Translations under genes and position numbers: made by a program
The notes under the pieces: generated by a model
What the model saw: the letters and a program-made list of their open reading frames with translations, nothing else
Told to the model about the DNA's origin: nothing
Database searches by the model: none
Shown here: positions 19,030-25,161 of the stretch, piece by piece
Numbering within the stretch: the stretch's first letter is position 1
Layout: every line of letters starts with the position of its first letter
Virus record (IMG/VR): IMGVR_UViG_3300033402_000749
Location: 1-25,161 of that record
Direction: 5' to 3' (one strand)
Length of the DNA stretch: 25,161 nucleotides
DNA from: a virus
Lineage: Duplodnaviria > Caudoviricetes

Positions 19030-19581
19030 TCAATAGTTGTCCCCTGCGGCTCCTAAGCATGCCCGCACGCATCTCCGGTATAGACCCGGCCGATCCGAAG
19101 GCGGCCACACACCCTCCGTTTCGGCCAGACACCTTTCGTGGCACGCTTGCCACCCTTCTGGATACGCGACCTTTAGTCCCGCAGCAGTCGCAGCATCGTC
19201 CGCTGTAGTCAGGTCAATGTCGAGCCCGCCGGCGTCCGTCATCGTCGTCGCGGCGCCGTTGAACGCGACCTGCACGCCCTGCGGCTGTTTCGATCCCGGC
19301 GAGTCGGCGTCGCCATCGGTCGTCCATCGCCCCCATTCGTCACGCGGCTGGTCGGGGTCGAAGTTCCATTTTCCCAGCTCGCCATTCTTCCCGCCCTCCG
19401 GCGCCAGCCCCAGGTCGGCGCGCGCCTCGTCGCGCGTCTTGATCCCCGCGCCGACCAGAATGTTCAGCGTCTGCGCCTGCTGCAGCGGGTCGACCACGTC
19501 GTCGCCGACCCAGATGAATTCGAGATCGGCCTCGTTCAGGTAGATCCGGACCACATGATCGAGCGCGCCTTTGATCCAGGC
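19030..19581 (-). pseudogene. orphan toxin tip 1: portal C-terminal 65 aa plus alternative Cys-rich tip
   Basis: 19387-19581 repeats portal 20645-20839 (56/65 aa identical), then diverges to GKWNFDPDQPRDEWGRWT...CHERC...YRRCVRAC. Confidence 0.85.
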
Positions 19582-19665
19582 TTCTCGCCGCGCAAACCGT
19601 TCTTGAGCCGTTTGAAAACGAAAAGCGGCAGCGGTCGCGCTGTCATTGCCTCTTCGCAGAAGATC

Positions 19666-19965
19666 TCAACGTGGCGGACTTGCTTTCTCCGTGACCATGC
19701 GCCTCACTTCCGCCAATGCGGACGCTGTTTCTGACATGTCGCCCTCGGGAATGGTTTTCCATCCCTTGAATGCGGCATAGGCGTACGTGTCTTCCATTCG
19801 GCCCCATTGGCGCCTGAATGCTTCCTGCCAAGAAGCGTCGGCGTCGCCGAACTCGTCTACGCTCTTCTCGAGGCGATCGAGAAGTTGCCGAAAGGTTGAG
19901 CGTCCCGCGTCAAATTCGTCGAGCGCGGTTCGCATTTCCTCGATTGGCGTTCGCTTCGACTCCAT
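19666..19965 (-). CDS. putative immunity protein for the portal-fused toxin
   Basis: About 100-aa acidic helical ORF right after the portal stop; AGGAG is best spaced for ATG 19965 (alternative ATG 19971). Confidence 0.75.
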   Translation of the reverse strand: MESKRTPIEEMRTALDEFDAGRSTFRQLLDRLEKSVDEFGDADASWQEAFRRQWGRMEDTYAYAAFKGWKTIPEGDMSETASALAEVRRMVTEKASPPR

Positions 19966-19975
19966 TAGCATCTCC

Positions 19976-21910
19976 TCAAGGCGCGCCTTTTCTGACGGTT
20001 ATCACCACGCCCGTGGCAGAATCGACGACAACTGTCACGTTGTTCGTCGCGCTCCAATAGGTGGTTGTTCCGGGCCGGTTGCCGGGGGCTGGTTGGCCGT
20101 TGCGGATCGTATCCGCGACAACAGCAGGGGGAATTCCCCGGCCCTGCATTCTGTCCAATGCGTGACCACTATAATCCGTACCGCCGACCGACGCAGGAGA
20201 ATTCGTGCCCGGCTGAATTTCAATAGGGAGGGATAAGTTTCCTGTCGGAGCAGAGGCAGGAGTGACTGAATCGTCGGAGGTCGCGGCAGATGGCCGTACG
20301 AAGGTCCCGCCGCGCGGCAAGTCGCGCAGATTGATCCAGTCCTTTCCCGGCCGCATCAAGGAACCAGGTGGCAACGTAACAATACGCCCAGTGGTGGGAT
20401 CAAAGTAGGTTCCGCCTTCGACTTCGTCCGCGGTCTCCGGCTTGGGTTCTTCCTCCGGCGGAAGCTGAGCGACGGCCGCCGCTCCGGCCGCGTCGCTCTT
20501 CGTCCTTGCCGAGTCATTGAGCGCGACGCGAATTCCTTTCGGCGTCTTTGCGCGGCCTTCACCCGGCCCGACGGCGTCGTCCGCGGTCGCGAACCGTCCG
20601 CGCTCGTCGTGATAATGGTTGTACTTGCCGACCGCCGGTTCCGCCTTCCCGCCCTCCGGCGCGAGGCCCAGGTCCGCGCGCGCTTCCTCGCGCGTCTTGA
20701 TTCCCGCGCCGACGAGAATGTTCAGCGTCTGCGCCTGCTGCAGCGGATCGACCGCGTCGTCGCCGACCCAGACGAATTCGAGATCGGGCTCGTTCAGGTA
20801 GACCTGGATGATGTGATCGAGCGCGCCCTTCACCCACGCCTTGAGCGGCACCAGGCCCTCTTGGGTCGCCTGCATGCGCAGGGTCTCCGAGGTGGCGCGG
20901 TTGACCTGGCTGACGAAGGCGGAAGCGGGGACCGAGAACGCGTAGCAGATGACCCGCGCCAGCCACTCGTCGTACTGGTCCTTCAGCGGCGGCTGGCGCG
21001 CCTCGATCAGGCGGAAATCCGCCGGCATGAATTTCATCATCCGCCGCCGCGCCGAATTGCCTGACATCAGCGCGTCGAAATAATCCTGGAACTGGCGGAT
21101 CTGGTCGATCGTCCATTCCTTCGGCAGCGTCGCGAAGGCGTCGGGCGTCGAGCCGGCGCGGTAATAGTCGAGCGTCGCCGCGTCGCGCCTCAGCGCGATG
21201 TTGACGGTGAGCGCGATCTGCTCGACCGGGCTCATCCCATAGAGCCGATGGGCGCGGACGTTGCGCGGGAGATAGAGCAGCTCGTCGGAAGAGAAGTCCG
21301 CCGCGGGGACGCCGTGCAGGATCTGCTGATAGGCCGGGTCGGGCGGCTCGGGCGAGCGGCCGTCCTCGCCGATCAGCGGCGTGATCGTCGCGCCGTCGAT
21401 GACGTCGAGGCTGTAGAGGGAACCGCCGCGATCGAAGCGCGGATAGAGGGTGGCGGCGTCGATGACCAGCATGTCCTCGACGAGCATGCGCAGCCAGGCG
21501 GCGAAGGCGTGGCGCCGGTCGGGGCGGGCGAGGAAGGCGAGGGCTGCCGTGACGCGCGCCTCGGCGTCCTGCGCCGCGGCGGGGTCGCGCGCCCGCACGG
21601 CGTAGCTCAAGCCGGCGATCTGGTCCTTGCGGGTTTCGATCACCGCGCGCAGCAGCGGCAGCGCGTCGGCGAGGGCGCGCAGTTCGGCGAAGGCGATGCC
21701 GCCGGTCGCGCGCGGGACATAGGAGAGGTTGACGCCGAAGGGGTAGTCGAACTGCCGGCCCTTGACCTCGGGCGGGGCCTGCGGCGCCAACGGCTGCTGC
21801 GGCCCGAACCACGTGTCGGGCGAGACGCCGGTGATCGCATAGCGAGCGGCGAGCGCGAGACGCGCGAACAGGCTCGGCGGCAGCGGGGTTTCCAGTCCAC
21901 CAGAGGGCAT
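19976..21910 (-). CDS. phage portal protein with C-terminal toxin-like extension (DUF4258/colicin E5-like RNase tip)
   Basis: Portal motifs (IETRKDQI, EDMLVIDA, IDGATI.P, AYQQILHG, ELLYLPRN.R.H..YGMSPVEQ, ICYAFSVP, GIKTREEARADLGLAP), then about 220 extra aa ending YSGHALDRMQGRGIPP.VV.DTI.NG...PG.RPGT..Y......V.VVVD..TG.VITV. GAGGA RBS before ATG 21910. Confidence 0.9.
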   Translation of the reverse strand: MPSGGLETPLPPSLFARLALAARYAITGVSPDTWFGPQQPLAPQAPPEVKGRQFDYPFGVNLSYVPRATGGIAFAELRALADALPLLRAVIETRKDQIAGLSYAVRARDPAAAQDAEARVTAALAFLARPDRRHAFAAWLRMLVEDMLVIDAATLYPRFDRGGSLYSLDVIDGATITPLIGEDGRSPEPPDPAYQQILHGVPAADFSSDELLYLPRNVRAHRLYGMSPVEQIALTVNIALRRDAATLDYYRAGSTPDAFATLPKEWTIDQIRQFQDYFDALMSGNSARRRMMKFMPADFRLIEARQPPLKDQYDEWLARVICYAFSVPASAFVSQVNRATSETLRMQATQEGLVPLKAWVKGALDHIIQVYLNEPDLEFVWVGDDAVDPLQQAQTLNILVGAGIKTREEARADLGLAPEGGKAEPAVGKYNHYHDERGRFATADDAVGPGEGRAKTPKGIRVALNDSARTKSDAAGAAAVAQLPPEEEPKPETADEVEGGTYFDPTTGRIVTLPPGSLMRPGKDWINLRDLPRGGTFVRPSAATSDDSVTPASAPTGNLSLPIEIQPGTNSPASVGGTDYSGHALDRMQGRGIPPAVVADTIRNGQPAPGNRPGTTTYWSATNNVTVVVDSATGVVITVRKGAP

Positions 21911-21977
21911 GGCGTCTTTTCCTCGCGCAAATGGGTGAAGCGGAACATGCATTTCGGCGGATCGGCGAAGGTCGGCG

Positions 21978-22100
21978 CTACGCCGCCACCAGTCTGACGC
22001 TCACCACCGCCAGGCCTTCGCCGTCGAGATCGCCGGGATCGCGCACGGGGACGCCGACGATCTTGCAGTCGTGCGCCGCGCCGCCGAGCGTCTGCCGGCC
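21978..22100 (-). repeat. third copy of the tail-terminator gene 3' end
   Basis: Encodes GRQTLGGAAHDCKIVGVPVRDPGDLDGEGLAVVSVRLVAA*; 37/40 aa identical to the end of 24545-24979. Confidence 0.92.
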
Positions 22101-22163
22101 GAAGGCGGCGCCGCTGAGGCTCGCGTCACGCGCAGGAGAGCGCGATGAGGGTCGGCCAGTCGC

Positions 22164-22559
22164 TCAAGACAGCTTGTCCCACGGAAATTGTTGGGAGGCC
22201 GGATCGCTCGGCGCGCCTGGCGCCACTCGGCAACTCGATTCGGTGAGAGATACGATCGCGCCGTCGAACTTCGAAATCGACATCTGGATCGGCGCAAGGT
22301 CGCCAGGAACGGTGCCCGGCTTCACGACCAAGCTGCCGCGGATTATCCAGACGTTTATCCCATCTTCGGCGATCAGGGGTTGCTGCGCGCCATACTCGGC
22401 CTCGCCTTCCCAGTCGATGATCACCATCTTGCCGATCGCCAGCGCTGTGTCGCGGGGGATCAATTGCTGTCCGATTGCCGCGCGAACGGTCATGGACGCG
22501 TCACGGGTCGGCTCTTTTGTCGTCGACCGCGGATTCACGAGTGTCGGGTCGATCGCCAT
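22164..22559 (-). CDS. NTF2-fold immunity protein-like (Imm-NTF2-2 / YbbC-YhhH-like), orphan
   Basis: TALAIG......GE.....QQPL.A......WIIRGSL.......I.ISK.DGAI pattern; GAGGA RBS. Confidence 0.65.
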   Translation of the reverse strand: MAIDPTLVNPRSTTKEPTRDASMTVRAAIGQQLIPRDTALAIGKMVIIDWEGEAEYGAQQPLIAEDGINVWIIRGSLVVKPGTVPGDLAPIQMSISKFDGAIVSLTESSCRVAPGAPSDPASQQFPWDKLS

Positions 22560-22657
22560 CGGAAATCCTCAAGCAGTAGGACTCCACGGCATATTGCCCT
22601 ACGGTTTCGAGAGGCGGCAAGGGTGCGCCAGGCGACCTCGGCGACGCTCCGTTCCGC

Positions 22658-22933
22658 TCACGGCGCCACCAACCTGACGCTCACCACCGCCAGACCGCCG
22701 CCGTCGAGATCGCCACTGTCGCGCACGGGGACGCCGACGATCTTGCAGTCGTGCGCTGCCGAGCGTCTGGCGGCCGAGCGCGAGATCGGTCAGCGCCGGG
22801 GCGAGGGATCGCGGGCGTCGAAATAGAAGAAAAGTTTGAACTCCAACCTGCGACTGGGCGTCGCGAGCGAAGTCCTCTGGTAGTTCTCCGGCCCAAATTC
22901 GAGCTGGACGAAGTCCGGGCGGAGCATGGCCGG
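22658..22933 (-). pseudogene. second, degraded copy of the tail-terminator gene 3' portion
   Basis: PAMLRPDFVQLEFGPENYQ...ATPSRRLEFKLFFYFDARDP, then a deletion and frameshifts, then HDCKIVGVPVRDSGDLDGGGLAVVSVRLVAP*. Confidence 0.88.
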
Positions 22934-22946
22934 GCGCGGGCGAAAA

Positions 22947-23414
22947 CTATGAGCCTGGAGCGGCGGGCGGAGATTGCAAGGAAGGTGGTGGCACAGCGTT
23001 GGGAAGGGTAAGAAGAGTAGGAGGCGGAGCGTTTGGATTATGGACAACCTTAAATGATTTAATTGTTTGCCATGCGGAATGTGGAAATTTCCATTGGAAT
23101 TTAACTTCTCCAGGCCCGGTAACACTTATGGGAAAGGCACCAAGCACAAGCGGGAAAGTGTCGAGGTTGTTCACAGAAAGCTTCATATTGCCGGTGATCG
23201 ATATCGCACCGGCGTCGTCTATCACTCTAAATTTCGGCTCAAACTCTCCGATTAGGTGAAAACTAACTTCTGCAAATACGCCCATAAGCATCATCGCAGG
23301 TAGGTTTGTCACATTGACGCCAGAACCGTAAACACCGGCTAAGCTAAATTTGCCAGACACTTCTTGACGAATGTCTTCGCAGATAATTGCGTTGAGGATG
23401 GTGGCATACTTCAA
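22947..23414 (-). CDS. DUF6941-like beta-rich hypothetical protein
   Basis: AIICEDIRQEVSGKFSLAGVY N-terminal motif; TTG overlaps the upstream TGA; AT-rich. Confidence 0.7.
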   Translation of the reverse strand: MKYATILNAIICEDIRQEVSGKFSLAGVYGSGVNVTNLPAMMLMGVFAEVSFHLIGEFEPKFRVIDDAGAISITGNMKLSVNNLDTFPLVLGAFPISVTGPGEVKFQWKFPHSAWQTIKSFKVVHNPNAPPPTLLTLPNAVPPPSLQSPPAAPGS

Positions 23415-23875
23415 TGGACGAGTTCCACTATTGGAGATAGAGTCCGCGCCACTGGGGTTATGACTTGCGTCCTGATCGGAGTAGTCAAATATATCGTCTG
23501 CGTTCCTCCTGTGGTGACAATTGGATTAGACGTAACCGCGCCGTAACCGGAGTAGGCGTCAAAGTTGCGAGATGGGCTGACTTTCTCTTCGAGCCCGTAT
23601 GCCGTGATTTCAAATTCGCCGTTCATCGCTTCAATCAGTTCTCCGATTGTCCGAAGCGTCCAGTTTCCGGGTCCCCTGAACTGTTTCGATACCCACCCGG
23701 GATCGCGGTTTAGGATGGCGGCAATATCGCTTTGTTTCATTCCCGCACTGCGTCGTTTGCGCCACAAAGAAACGACCGCGTCAAACGCGAGGTCTCTCAC
23801 TCGCGCAAAACCGTAGTCCCCCCTGTCCGACCCGCGCTTTCTAACGCTTGAGCGTGAAGGCATCATAATTTTCAC
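23411..23875 (-). CDS. XRE/HigA-like HTH protein (putative antitoxin) with C-terminal tail
   Basis: GMKQSDIAAILNRDPGWVSKQFRGPGNWTLRTIGELIEAMN is an XRE-type HTH. Start codon uncertain. Confidence 0.75.
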   Translation of the reverse strand: MKIMMPSRSSVRKRGSDRGDYGFARVRDLAFDAVVSLWRKRRSAGMKQSDIAAILNRDPGWVSKQFRGPGNWTLRTIGELIEAMNGEFEITAYGLEEKVSPSRNFDAYSGYGAVTSNPIVTTGGTQTIYLTTPIRTQVITPVARTLSPIVELVH

Positions 23876-24377
23876 TCACGTAATCGCCGATGCAATCGGC
23901 ATGGAAACGGGGCCGTGTTCCGAAGCATTCGGTCCAAGCGCTCTCGGCTTCCGACAGCGCGTCTTTCCAGCCTTGGGAGCCCTTATCTCTGAGAAGCCCG
24001 CGTGTAGAAAATTTCAACAAGACCAACGTGTCTTGCTCCGCAAAAGCGCCGATCAGACGCGCTTGGACGTCCGGTTCAGTGACGCGGATTTCCCACATGT
24101 CCGCGGGCGGTGGGTCGAGTTCCTTCAGGAATCGAGGTTTACCCCTGTCGTCTGCGAAAATGCGATTGCCGGCCGCCCGTCTAGTCATAGAGCTTTCGAT
24201 AAAGCCGCGACCGACGAGGAGATTGGCGGCGGAATTCGGATTTTCACGCTCCATCTCTGCGGCCGCAGTCAGATACAAACGTCGCTCCGAAGGGCCTCTG
24301 GTTCTGGGGACGAAACGCACGATTTTTCGTTCAGTCTCCAATTGCTGCAGATAATCAGGAATTGATTTATATGTCAA
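23841..24377 (-). CDS. putative RelE/HigB-like toxin
   Basis: FLKELDP....MWEIRV......ARLIGAF....TLVLL resembles the RelE-fold core; directly upstream of an HTH gene; TTG start. Confidence 0.55.
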   Translation of the reverse strand: MTYKSIPDYLQQLETERKIVRFVPRTRGPSERRLYLTAAAEMERENPNSAANLLVGRGFIESSMTRRAAGNRIFADDRGKPRFLKELDPPPADMWEIRVTEPDVQARLIGAFAEQDTLVLLKFSTRGLLRDKGSQGWKDALSEAESAWTECFGTRPRFHADCIGDYVSENYDAFTLKR

Positions 24378-24544
24378 CTCGCATTCCCCAAAACGGGCGC
24401 GACATTTTCATATCATAATTGCAGAGCTAACAAGCCCAAAAGCGGACGCGCTCACTCCGAAATGCTGTCCACATGAAAAGGGATGACCGCCGACAATTCA
24501 AACTGAATCACTTCCGACGTGCTGAGAGAAATTGCGGCTCTCGC

Positions 24545-24979
24545 TCACGGCGCCACCAGCCGCACGCTCACCACCGCCAGCCCGTCGCCGTCGAGATCGC
24601 CGCTGTCGCGCACGGGGACGCCGACGATCTTGCAGTCGTGCGCCGCGCCGCCGAGCGTCTGCCGGCCGAGCGCGAGGTCGCCGCCGCTCGGCGCGAGCGC
24701 CGCGTCGATCGCGTCGAGCGCGGCGTTGATCGCGCTCGCGCCGGGCGTCTCGGGATCGCGCGCGTCGAAGTAGAGGAAGAGCTTGGCTTCCAGCGTGCGC
24801 CTCGGCGTCGCCGGCGAAGCCCACTGATAGGTCTCCGGCCCGGATTCCAGTTGGAAGAGCGCCGGGCGCAGCGCGGCGGGGACTTCGCTCCACAGCTTCA
24901 TCTTGCGCGAAGCGAGGCCCCAGGGGTAGGCGGCCGAGACGGCGGCGAACAGGGCGGAAAAGGCGGCTTCGCGGCTCAT
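24545..24979 (-). CDS. tail terminator / tail completion-like protein (144 aa)
   Basis: ATGA-coupled to the upstream neck gene; size and position typical; SRKMKLWSEVP...PALFQ and QTLGG..HDC.I.G...RD.GDLDGDG. Confidence 0.7.
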   Translation of the reverse strand: MSREAAFSALFAAVSAAYPWGLASRKMKLWSEVPAALRPALFQLESGPETYQWASPATPRRTLEAKLFLYFDARDPETPGASAINAALDAIDAALAPSGGDLALGRQTLGGAAHDCKIVGVPVRDSGDLDGDGLAVVSVRLVAP

Positions 24980-25161
24980 GCGTCCTCCCAGGCCTCCGTC
25001 GGCGTCGCGGCGAGAGCGGCGAGAATTTCGGCGCTCATTTCGTCGAGGCTCGATCGGAGATACGAGCGCTCCGGGATGACCGAGCCGGGGTGCTCGACTT
25101 TGGCCGCGAAACGCATCGCGCCGCCGACGAGGAAGGCGAGGGCCTTTCCCTTGACCGGCAG
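24976..25161 (-). CDS. HK97-gp10-like neck/morphogenesis protein, 3' part (runs off the window)
   Basis: Read by hand: LPVKGKALAF..GG..RFAAKVEHPGSVIPERSYLRSSLDEM...WEDA*. Confidence 0.7.
   Translation of the reverse strand: MPVKGKALAFLVGGAMRFAAKVEHPGSVIPERSYLRSSLDEMSAEILAALAATPTEAWEDA

Noticed and set aside
19976-21910. Classical MuF toxin
   Set aside because: No MuF (SPP1 gp7-like) domain motifs are recognisable between the portal and the tip; the extension is a short low-complexity linker.
17640-24979. Repeats as assembly artefacts, or as an invertible shufflon
   Set aside because: The copies are diverged (synonymous changes, indels) and flank distinct coherent genes, so artefact is unlikely, though not excluded without reads. 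All are direct repeats and no invertase is seen.

Overview
High-GC window, probably alphaproteobacterial, carrying a minus-strand virion morphogenesis operon of a prophage or RcGTA-like element. In transcription order it encodes: HK97-gp10-like neck protein (partial), tail terminator-like protein, portal, tail tube, G/GT chaperones with a -1 slippery site, short tape measure, TIM-barrel/DUF2460 fusion, DUF2460, DUF2163, NlpC/P60, tail-tip protein, Mtd_N tail fibre, fibre chaperone-like gene and amidase. The striking feature is that three structural genes (portal, tail terminator, DUF2163) are each followed by lower-GC cargo bounded by diverged direct-repeat copies of part of that same gene. 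The portal carries a C-terminal toxin-like extension plus an immunity-like gene, followed by two start-less orphan toxin-tip/immunity modules that each share a homology block with it: a CdiA/Rhs-style polymorphic toxin array built on a phage portal. Other cargo: a PD-(D/E)xK nuclease toxin with a related linker motif, an orphan NTF2-fold immunity-like gene, and a RelE-like/HTH/DUF6941-like three-gene operon. Palindromic heptamer-repeat hairpins (AGGCAGT/ACTGCCT and a GCGAATG variant) mark many gene junctions. All family assignments come from motif recognition by eye; no database search was run.
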